DNA of 58,242 nucleotides from Candidatus Levybacteria bacterium GW2011_GWA1_37_16 (GTDB lineage Bacteria; Patescibacteriota; Microgenomatia; Levybacterales; UBA12049): NCBI GenBank assembly GCA_943354875.1, contig CALRDJ010000001.1, positions 1 to 58,242 of the forward strand, read 5' to 3'. Shown piece by piece: positions 36,023 to 43,892 of this stretch (position 1 is its first letter; each line of letters starts with the position of its first letter). The notes under the pieces were generated by a model. It saw only the letters and a program-made list of their open reading frames with translations, ran no database searches and was not told where the DNA came from. The position numbers and the translations under genes were made by a program.

Positions 36023-36035
36023 CAATAAATTGCTG

Positions 36036-36044
36036 TGCTATAAT
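36036..36044 (+). promoter_or_regulatory. Extended -10 promoter candidate for the rfbH-like gene
   Basis: TGCTATAAT is a perfect TGnTATAAT. It ends 10 nt upstream of ATG 36055. No SD sequence. Confidence 0.4.
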
Positions 36045-36054
36045 AGGCATATCT

Positions 36055-37275
36055 ATGAGTATTCTACCTGTCAACACCACGCTTCGCGTTCCATATGCCT
36101 TAGCAGTTCACGGAGATGAAGAAAAACAGCGCGTGATAAAAGTCTTGGACGAACATAGAACAAATACTGGAAAAGAGATTTTGGAGTTTGAAGAGAAAGT
36201 CGCCAAACAGTTCGGAAAACGATTTGGCGTCATGGTGAATTCTGGGTCTTCTGCAAATCTTCTCGCATTTGAATTACTGGATCTCCCAAAAGACTCAGAA
36301 GTTATAACTCCACTACTCACATTCTCGACCACGATAGCACCGTTGGTTAAAAAACAGCTCGTACCGGTTTTTGTAGACGTAAAGGAGGGAACATATGTAA
36401 TCGATGAGGATCAAATCGAAGGAGCAATTTCAGAAAAAACCAAAGCGCTTATGATCCCGCTTCTTTTAGGAAATGTCCCAGATCTAGAAAGGATCCGTGC
36501 ACTTGCGAAAAAGCATAACCTAATTGTGGTGGAGGATTCATGTGATACTCTCGGCGCGACGTTCAATAACCACCCATCTGGTACGTTCTCAGATATCTCC
36601 ACAACCAGTTTTTTCGGCTCCCATATCATCACAGCAGGAGGAAATGGTGGCATGATTTTAGTAGATGATGAAAAATCCCGTGATCGACTAAAAGTACTCA
36701 GAGGTTGGGGTCGAACCTCATCTATCTTCGGCGAATCAGAAGACATAGAAAAAAGATTTAGCTATAAAATCGGCGATCTTCCGTACGATGCGAAGTTTAT
36801 CTTTGACGAGATCGGATATAACCTGTTGCCAAATGAGATGGGAGCAGCTTTTGGAAATGCACAACTTGAAAAACTTGAAACATTTAGAAAAACGAGAGAC
36901 TACAACTTTGACTACCTTTCTAAATTCTTTGGAAATTATGAACAGTTTTTTAAATTACCTCAACAAGATTCACGTGTTAGAACACAATGGCTTGCATTTC
37001 CTCTGACTATTACAAAAACCGCACCATTCACACGACTTGAGCTTGTAACCCACCTAGAGCAAAACAATATCCAGACTCGCCCTATTTTCACCGGCAATAT
37101 CTTAAAACAACCAGGGTTTAAGAACATACAGAACCGACAAGCAGAAGCAGAATATCCAAACACCGAGGAGGTTATGGAACGAGGATTTGTAATCGGATGC
37201 CACCATGGACTAGAAGAGAAACATCTGAAAAAAATTGAGGCAGTATTCGAATCATTTCTGAGTCAACCTAAGTAG
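36055..37275 (+). CDS. rfbH: RfbH/ColD-type PMP-dependent NDP-4-keto-6-deoxyhexose 3-dehydratase (DegT fold, His in place of the Schiff-base Lys)
   Basis: VNSGSSANLLAFELL, VVEDSCDTLGATF, SFFGSHIITAGGNGG (His where aminotransferases carry Lys) and RGWGR. These closely track the Salmonella RfbH blocks SGSSANLLA / EDCCDALG / SFYPAHHITMGEGG / DWGR as I recall them. Confidence 0.7.
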   Translation: MSILPVNTTLRVPYALAVHGDEEKQRVIKVLDEHRTNTGKEILEFEEKVAKQFGKRFGVMVNSGSSANLLAFELLDLPKDSEVITPLLTFSTTIAPLVKKQLVPVFVDVKEGTYVIDEDQIEGAISEKTKALMIPLLLGNVPDLERIRALAKKHNLIVVEDSCDTLGATFNNHPSGTFSDISTTSFFGSHIITAGGNGGMILVDDEKSRDRLKVLRGWGRTSSIFGESEDIEKRFSYKIGDLPYDAKFIFDEIGYNLLPNEMGAAFGNAQLEKLETFRKTRDYNFDYLSKFFGNYEQFFKLPQQDSRVRTQWLAFPLTITKTAPFTRLELVTHLEQNNIQTRPIFTGNILKQPGFKNIQNRQAEAEYPNTEEVMERGFVIGCHHGLEEKHLKKIEAVFESFLSQPK

Positions 37276-38113
37276 TTTTTTTATACCATTCGTATAACTC
37301 CTGTATTCCTTTTTCAAGCGGTGTAAATCGTAAATTAATAACCTCCTTGGATAATCTTTCCATGTCACACGTATACTCGTTTCCCATACCATCTTTTTTA
37401 ATTTCTATTTCATAATCTATACCCGCAATCTCTTTTATAATTTTGGCAATCGAGAATAAATCGATTGGTTTTCCTGATCCTACGTTATACACCCTATCTT
37501 TTCTGTCGTTTTCGATAAAATCTTTTACGACCTCTGCTAAATCGTCTATATATAAGTAGTCAAATGTAACATTTTGATTAATTTGTATTGGCCGCCCTGT
37601 TAATGCAGTGCAAATAGCATCAGAAATAAACCGAGTTTCTTTATCTTCATATTTTCCATACACCCCGAACAATCTCAAAACGGTAACTTTCTGAAACCAT
37701 TTTGCCATCAAACTACACAAATACTTAGACATCCCATATTGATCTTTTGGCTCTGAAGTGTAAAACTCTTCTTCTTTCACCCTTACAATAGGTTTTGATT
37801 TATCGTATTCCGCACCAGATCCTAAATAAATCATCTTCTGATAGTTTTTTTCGTTACGTGCGAGATACATAAACATTTGTAGATTTTTTTCTGTCGCGTC
37901 TTCTATAAAAGGAGTTTTCCTATTTCCACCTATGTATGCTGCGTGTATTACTACATCGATATGATTTTTCTGAAAAAATGCATCGACTACCTGGGAATTT
38001 GTTAAGTCTAATTCTGAATGAGAAGGAGAAAAAATAGTGTAGGAGCTAGATAGTTGTTCGACCAGGTTACGGCCGATAAATCCCGATCCACCGGTTATAA
38101 GCAGGGTTTTCAT
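37268..38113 (-). CDS. Short SDR, probable NDP-sugar ketoreductase/epimerase
   Basis: LLITGGSGFIGRNL, LGSGAEYD, catalytic YGMSK. 281 aa. 4-nt overlap with the transketolase C subunit gene. Confidence 0.65.
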   Translation of the reverse strand: MKTLLITGGSGFIGRNLVEQLSSSYTIFSPSHSELDLTNSQVVDAFFQKNHIDVVIHAAYIGGNRKTPFIEDATEKNLQMFMYLARNEKNYQKMIYLGSGAEYDKSKPIVRVKEEEFYTSEPKDQYGMSKYLCSLMAKWFQKVTVLRLFGVYGKYEDKETRFISDAICTALTGRPIQINQNVTFDYLYIDDLAEVVKDFIENDRKDRVYNVGSGKPIDLFSIAKIIKEIAGIDYEIEIKKDGMGNEYTCDMERLSKEVINLRFTPLEKGIQELYEWYKKTT

Positions 38114-39033
38114 GTGAATAATCCTAATTCTTCTATTCGACGCATTATTCGATCGACAGATAGTCCATTTACGTCTCGCATATGATCCTGATTTCCTATC
38201 TCCTTGGTAAAGCGATCAGGAACTCCTATGCGAACGAGTGGCACAGACAAACCCGCATCAGCGATAACCTCAGCGATAATACTTCCTAATCCTCCGATCA
38301 CAGAATGCTCTTCAATAGTTATCACATATTTTTTTTCTTTTATTAGTGTTTCTGCAGTCTCTATGTGAAACGGTTTCAATGTGTGCACGCTGACAATAGT
38401 TGCTTCTATTCCTTTTTTAGCCAATTCTCCTGAGACGGCAAGCGCTGTATGAACAAGAGCTCCGGTTGAAAAAATTACTACATCGTTTCCTTTCTTTAAA
38501 ACTGACCCTTTCCCTACCATCAGTTCTCCATCGTTTTCATACAGAGATTTCTCCTCTGCTCTACTCAGTCGTATATACACCGGTCCATCTATCTCCATGG
38601 CCTTTTTCATACAGAAGCCTACCTCCACAGAGTCTGATGGGGAAAATATAGTAATATTTGGCAAAACTCGAAGAATAGCTATGTCTTCTAATCCATGATG
38701 TGTATGACCATACGGGCCATACGAAAATCCTGCACCAACTCCCACTATTTTTACGTTTACATCTTGATAGCAAAGGTCATTTCGGATTTGCTCATAATTT
38801 CTCATCGTCACAAATGGAATAATAGAATAAATAAAGGGTACTTTTCCACTCATTGCCAGACCTGCTGCTACGCCGGTCATATTAATTTCTGCTACTCCCA
38901 TGTTTATAAATCGATCTAAGAATTTCTCTCTGTAATTTTCAAAGACAGAGAATCCTAAATCTCCCGTTAAGAGCATTACGCGATTATCATTTTCTGAAAT
39001 GGTAGTCAGTGAGTTAATAAATGCTTTTCTCAT
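38110..39033 (-). CDS. Transketolase-family C-terminal subunit (pyrimidine-binding plus C-terminal domains)
   Basis: MGVAEINMTGVAAGLAMSGKVPFIYSIIPFVTMRNYEQIRND, GPYGHTHHGLEDIAILRVLPN. Confidence 0.85.
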   Translation of the reverse strand: MRKAFINSLTTISENDNRVMLLTGDLGFSVFENYREKFLDRFINMGVAEINMTGVAAGLAMSGKVPFIYSIIPFVTMRNYEQIRNDLCYQDVNVKIVGVGAGFSYGPYGHTHHGLEDIAILRVLPNITIFSPSDSVEVGFCMKKAMEIDGPVYIRLSRAEEKSLYENDGELMVGKGSVLKKGNDVVIFSTGALVHTALAVSGELAKKGIEATIVSVHTLKPFHIETAETLIKEKKYVITIEEHSVIGGLGSIIAEVIADAGLSVPLVRIGVPDRFTKEIGNQDHMRDVNGLSVDRIMRRIEELGLFT

Positions 39034-39854
39034 CTTAAATTCTCCATTATTTCTTCAAACTCTTCTTTAGTAGGTGGATAGTACTGCGAAGACATTTCAT
39101 TTTCATATTTTGGAATACCGCCTTTTCCTTTTATCGTATGCGCAATTATGATCGATGGCTTATCAGATTTAAATGGAGTACTGGAAAACAAAGAAACGAG
39201 GTCTTCCATATTATGCCCATCTACCTCTTCAACGCACCATCCAAAAGCAGTCCATTTGTCAGCAAATGGCTCTAAGTCTAGTACGTCTTTTGTTAGTCCA
39301 AACCCTTGCAGCTTATTGTAATCAACTACCGCAGTAAGATTTTCTAGCTTGTGGTGCCCAGACCATAGAGCCGCTTCCCATGTGGATCCCTCATCGCACT
39401 CGCCATCGCTCAGTACTGCAAATGTTTTATACGACTTATTATCCATCTTTCCTGCATATGCGACTCCAGCAGCCATAGAAAGACCATGACCTAATGAACC
39501 AGCAGAAACCTCCACGCCAGGGACGCAATTTCTCGTAGAATGTCCAGGAAGTTTCCCTCCAGTTTTTTCGTACCCTTCGAGTAATCCCTTTGCGAAAAAA
39601 CCTTTTTCTGCAAGCACCGCGTAGAGTGCTTTCGCGTCATGCGCTTTGCTAAATATCAGCCTATCTCTATCTGCATCCAAAGGCTTTAATGGATCAATCT
39701 GCAATATCTTAAAATATAAAGCCACTAAAATCTCTACACAAGAAAGTGCACCTCCAGTATGTGCACTCTGTGCGTTATAACTCATGGTTAATATCTCTCT
39801 GCGAATATTCTTCGCATGAGTTTCTAAATCATTCAATTCTACTTCTTTGATCAT
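39030..39854 (-). CDS. Transketolase-family N-terminal subunit (thiamine-diphosphate-binding)
   Basis: GGALSCVEIL, GHSTRNCVPGVEVSAGSLGHGLSMAAG. ThDP/Mg motif SDGECDEGSTWEAAL...VVDYN. Confidence 0.85.
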   Translation of the reverse strand: MIKEVELNDLETHAKNIRREILTMSYNAQSAHTGGALSCVEILVALYFKILQIDPLKPLDADRDRLIFSKAHDAKALYAVLAEKGFFAKGLLEGYEKTGGKLPGHSTRNCVPGVEVSAGSLGHGLSMAAGVAYAGKMDNKSYKTFAVLSDGECDEGSTWEAALWSGHHKLENLTAVVDYNKLQGFGLTKDVLDLEPFADKWTAFGWCVEEVDGHNMEDLVSLFSSTPFKSDKPSIIIAHTIKGKGGIPKYENEMSSQYYPPTKEEFEEIMENLR

Positions 39855-39855
39855 A

Positions 39856-40800
39856 TTAACTACTCAAAACTTTTTGGTACCAAGAAAGAATGTCGCCGAT
39901 AGTATTTTCCAATCTATATTTCGACTCCCACCCAAGTTTTTTAATTTTCGCATCATCTAAGTGCTGATATGGTATTTCATTTTTAGCATTATTTCGTATC
40001 TCGTATTGAATCTTTTCTCCAAGTGTTTTTTCAATTACTCCTATAAGATCCAACACAGAAAGAGTATCTGACGAAGAAAAATTATACGCCTGTCCATGAA
40101 TGCCATCTATGTGATCCAGCAGTGTTAGATACCCATCAATCACATCCTGCACATAGAGATAATCTCGCACATATGTGCCGTCACTTCGTATTTCAAACAT
40201 TTTTTTATCAATAATTGCTTTACAAATTCCAGGAATTAGGCGATCAAAATGCAGATCTCCCTCTCCATATACATTACCAAATCTTGTCACTACCACCGGC
40301 ATTTTATATGTTCGATAATACGCTTGCGATAAAAGATCTGCACTCGCTTTTGAAGCATCATATGGATGATCTCCGAGCAATGCTGTACTCTCAGTGTACG
40401 CAGTTTGAGTTTTTCCGTATGCTTTATCAGAAGATGCTACTATAACTCCACGCACTGAAGGATTCTGACGAACCGCTTCAAGTACTGAAGCAGTACCCAT
40501 AACATTATCTTTTACCGTCTCAACCGGGTGATCATATGCAGTGGTCACAAGTGTCTGCGCAGCCAAATGAAACACGTGAGAGACCTCATATTTTTGGATC
40601 AGATCCGATAACTCCTTTTCTTGAGTAATATCCAACTCCATTGCTATGGTTTTTTTCCCCAGTTCGTTTTGAACAAAAACAGAACGAGGATCAATTTCTC
40701 TATAGGGAACGACGACAGATAAGCCTTTCTCTACAAGCCTTTTGACCAAATGTGATCCAATGAACCCTACACCCCCCGTAACCAAAACAGAGTCCTGCAT
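39856..40800 (-). CDS. rfbG: CDP-glucose 4,6-dehydratase-like SDR
   Basis: VLVTGGVGFIGSHL, SSDKAYG, catalytic YDASK. FGNVYGEGDLHFDRLIPG parallels the RfbG motif GNVIGGGDWALDRIVPD as I recall it. ATG 40800 forms a TAATG overlap with the rfbF stop. Confidence 0.7.
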   Translation of the reverse strand: MQDSVLVTGGVGFIGSHLVKRLVEKGLSVVVPYREIDPRSVFVQNELGKKTIAMELDITQEKELSDLIQKYEVSHVFHLAAQTLVTTAYDHPVETVKDNVMGTASVLEAVRQNPSVRGVIVASSDKAYGKTQTAYTESTALLGDHPYDASKASADLLSQAYYRTYKMPVVVTRFGNVYGEGDLHFDRLIPGICKAIIDKKMFEIRSDGTYVRDYLYVQDVIDGYLTLLDHIDGIHGQAYNFSSSDTLSVLDLIGVIEKTLGEKIQYEIRNNAKNEIPYQHLDDAKIKKLGWESKYRLENTIGDILSWYQKVLSS

Positions 40801-41510
40801 TATTCTTCCCACACTTTCCACTCCGGATTATCTCTCCACATAGTATTTAATTCATCTACATCTGGGTAGGTGTCCATCGAATGCCAAAACCCTTCGTGTT
40901 TGTACATCGAAAGTTGATTTACTTCTGTTATTCGCTTAAGCCCGACATGCTCCATTTCTACAGGTTTTAGATAATTGAAAAACTCTCGTTTAAATACCAT
41001 GAATCCCCCATTTACCCAATCTTCAAGAATCGGTTTTTCTACAAAGCTCGTTACGATATTTTTATCGTTGATCTTAGCAAGACCATATTTACTTCTTGGA
41101 TGAACACCAGTAATAGTTCCTATGGTATTCTGGTTCACATGAAAATCATAAAGCTTTTGGATATCTACCGTACCTACTCCATCTCCATAGGTAACCATAA
41201 AATCTCGATCAGACTCAGAAATATGATCCCTCACTCGAAGTATTCGCTCACCCGGTAGTGTCTCGAGCCCAGTATCTACAAGCGTTACATTAAATTCCTG
41301 TTGGTTTTCGGGGATAGAAAAATGCTCCTTTATAATATCTCCTTTATACCCAAGGGCGATAATAAAATCGTTAAATCCAAAATGGGAATAAATTTTCATG
41401 ATATGCCAAATAATTGGCTTACCACCAATGCGCACCATGGGCTTGGGACGAAATTCTGTCTCTTCCTTTAGCCGATATCCAACTCCTCCAGATAAAATAA
41501 CTACTTTCAT
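40800..41510 (-). CDS. rfbF: Glucose-1-phosphate cytidylyltransferase
   Basis: MKVVILSGGVGYRLKEETEFRPKPMVRIGGKPIIWHIMKIYSHFGFNDFIIALGYKG is near-collinear with the Salmonella RfbF N-terminus MKAVILAGGLGTRLSEET..KPKPMVEIGGKPILWHIMK. Confidence 0.85.
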   Translation of the reverse strand: MKVVILSGGVGYRLKEETEFRPKPMVRIGGKPIIWHIMKIYSHFGFNDFIIALGYKGDIIKEHFSIPENQQEFNVTLVDTGLETLPGERILRVRDHISESDRDFMVTYGDGVGTVDIQKLYDFHVNQNTIGTITGVHPRSKYGLAKINDKNIVTSFVEKPILEDWVNGGFMVFKREFFNYLKPVEMEHVGLKRITEVNQLSMYKHEGFWHSMDTYPDVDELNTMWRDNPEWKVWEE

Positions 41511-42406
41511 TCTTTTTCAATCCCATATGTGGCGCTTACGATAAAATTCGGACGCTGCCTCACTTCTTCAAAAATCCTTCCTAAGTATTCTGCTTGAATC
41601 CCTAAAATAACGAACACACTAAAAAATGCCAAACCCAAAATTACAGTAAATACGTCTAAAAAAACGACTGAGAATAAAGAAAAAACCAGACAAAGACCTG
41701 CAAATACCCATGAAATTCGTAACGGAAGCGAAGAGAAAGATATGATACCATTTATCGCAATATTTAGAACTGATAAGAAGTTAGCTTTTGATTCCCCTTT
41801 TTCTCGCGGAGGTCGTTCAAATGCAATCCCCTTATGTCTATAGCCAGTCCACAGCGCAAGTCCTCTAAAAAACTTATTATGTTCAGGGATTTTAGCCAAG
41901 ACTTCATACACTTTACGATCAAGTAGTCGAAAGTCACTGACGTTCTCTGGAACTGCCCCATGAGTGAGCACATTAATAATTTTATAAAAAACCATCGTTC
42001 CGAATCGCCGTGACCACGCAACGCCTCTTCTCGACTTCACGATTCCGTACACGATCTCGAATCCCTTTTCCCAATTTGCGATAAATTCGGAAATAAGCTC
42101 AGGTGTATCTTGCAAATCAGCCATCATAACTATTGCAGCATCTCCCCGAGCGAAACTAAGTCCTGCCATAATTGCGCCATCGCATCCTTCGTTTTTCGCT
42201 AACTGAAGAATCTTGAGCCTTTTTTCCTTCTTTCGCTCCTCAAGAAGCTTTTCAAGCGTATGATCATAAGAACCATTCTCGACTACGATAATTTCAAATT
42301 CAAACCCTGACAACTCAGAGATCACCTGAGTAATTCTCTGAATCAATTCAGGCACAACATCTTCTTCATTATATGCTGGAATAACGATACTAATTAATTT
42401 TTTCAT
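41507..42406 (-). CDS. GtrB/Dpm1-like GT2 polyprenol-phosphate glycosyltransferase with C-terminal TM helices
   Basis: ISIVIPAYNEEDVV...IIVVENGSYDHT, MADLQDTPELI, SDFRLLDRKVYE. C-terminal helices WVFAGLCLVFSLFSVVFL and ILGLAFFSVFVILGI. Confidence 0.8.
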   Translation of the reverse strand: MKKLISIVIPAYNEEDVVPELIQRITQVISELSGFEFEIIVVENGSYDHTLEKLLEERKKEKRLKILQLAKNEGCDGAIMAGLSFARGDAAIVMMADLQDTPELISEFIANWEKGFEIVYGIVKSRRGVAWSRRFGTMVFYKIINVLTHGAVPENVSDFRLLDRKVYEVLAKIPEHNKFFRGLALWTGYRHKGIAFERPPREKGESKANFLSVLNIAINGIISFSSLPLRISWVFAGLCLVFSLFSVVFLDVFTVILGLAFFSVFVILGIQAEYLGRIFEEVRQRPNFIVSATYGIEKE

Positions 42407-42443
42407 CTAGCCGTAGTATTGTATAGGATTTCGTAAGGTAAAA

Positions 42444-43892
42444 TCAATGAAGCGTATCCGGAGATAATTGGTATATCACTAAATTATCGCTATATGTATT
42501 AACAATATTATAGTTTTCCTGTAAATATCTTAAAAATGGCCAGTCCGACAATCCCATATGATCATTAGGAAGAGATTTGTCATATATTACCACCCTTGGA
42601 GGGTTATCTGTAAAAACCTTAGTTGATTTTTCAAATGGCTGAAGTAAATATGGAAATGGCTCTACATATTTATTCTTTGGTAGTCTATCCGCAAATAGAT
42701 AAATCATTTCACTACCATAATTAATTATCTTCTCATCACTTTTTGTGTTTGCACGAATCCATTCTCCTATCTCACGCTCTGATTCTCCGTAGCTCGTCAA
42801 GTATTGACCAGGCCTAAATCCAGTATCTTGTATAGAAGCCAGATATGGTGAGATATAACGCACATTTAATGCTATAAATCCTATAAGTATAAATATAAAA
42901 ATAGCTTTATTTTTAGATTTTTCTATCCATATATAGCCAAACACTAATGACATTAACGGAAAAGCAGTAAACGCACGATATGACAAAAATGATGGAAGTA
43001 GCGAAGAAAATAAACAGAGAGTTTGAAATATAAGAAATATAACAATCTCCTTATCTTTTTTCATTTTTTTTAAAATATACACCAATGGGATAAGCGCTAA
43101 CATATAAGAGATCAGTATCCATCCACCATCACCTTTTGTTACTGGCGCACTGGTATATTTAGTCACTAAAAAGTAAACCGTGTAATACAGAAAGTCGCTT
43201 AAACCGCTCTGAACATAAAAGTACCCGATAAGTAATAGGATAGGCACCAAAAGACCACTAGAAAAAGCCACTAACCAAATAGTTACTGTTTTAATTTTTT
43301 CTTTCGTAATAATCCCTTTATATAATAAAAATCCATAAACTACAGCAATCACCAAGACAGAATTTTGCTTTGTGATAAATGAAAGACCAGCTATGCAACC
43401 AAGTAGTAGAAGAAAGACTATTTTTTTCGTACGAATGAATAATGCAAAGACACCAAGCAATACGATACTAAACAAACCAATGAGAAGCTCACCAACTTCT
43501 GTATTTTGAAATAGTGGAAATAAAAAAATAATGAAAAATAAAAATGGAATCCTGCTATTTCTACCCAGTAAGTACCTACCAACTATAAACAGCGTTAAAA
43601 TAATGAGTAGCATGAGTACTATATAAAAAGATTGATACGATAAGGGGAATACGCCAACCACTCTATACCACCATGAAAGAAGAAATAGATCGAATGGCAT
43701 TCGAATCCACGTAAAATCTCTATAGGGTAGGTACCCATGGAGCATGTACCACGGCCTCATCACGCCCGCATCCCAAATATGAAATGGTAAAAAATATACA
43801 TTTAATACTACCCAAATACCTGATGAAAAAAGAAGAATGAAATCTAATACGGATGATTTAAATGCTTTTAACATAAATTTCATAGACACCAT
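42444..43892 (-). CDS. GT-C-like polytopic membrane glycosyltransferase (GT87/DUF2029- or PMT_2-like)
   Basis: First-loop motif HGYLPYRDFTWIRMPFDLF. Many TM segments. The C-terminal soluble tail YGESEREIGEWIRANTKSDEKIINYG...PFEKSTKVFTDNPPRVVIYD is shared with the upstream paralog. Confidence 0.6.
   Translation of the reverse strand: MVSMKFMLKAFKSSVLDFILLFSSGIWVVLNVYFLPFHIWDAGVMRPWYMLHGYLPYRDFTWIRMPFDLFLLSWWYRVVGVFPLSYQSFYIVLMLLIILTLFIVGRYLLGRNSRIPFLFFIIFLFPLFQNTEVGELLIGLFSIVLLGVFALFIRTKKIVFLLLLGCIAGLSFITKQNSVLVIAVVYGFLLYKGIITKEKIKTVTIWLVAFSSGLLVPILLLIGYFYVQSGLSDFLYYTVYFLVTKYTSAPVTKGDGGWILISYMLALIPLVYILKKMKKDKEIVIFLIFQTLCLFSSLLPSFLSYRAFTAFPLMSLVFGYIWIEKSKNKAIFIFILIGFIALNVRYISPYLASIQDTGFRPGQYLTSYGESEREIGEWIRANTKSDEKIINYGSEMIYLFADRLPKNKYVEPFPYLLQPFEKSTKVFTDNPPRVVIYDKSLPNDHMGLSDWPFLRYLQENYNIVNTYSDNLVIYQLSPDTLH

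Noticed and set aside
38110..39854. Interpreting the split transketolase simply as the housekeeping pentose-phosphate enzyme.
   Set aside because: This is not fully rejected, and it remains the null hypothesis. It is down-weighted because the pair is coupled to sugar-nucleotide genes on both sides (a 4-nt overlap downstream and a 1-nt gap upstream). See the corresponding finding for the test.
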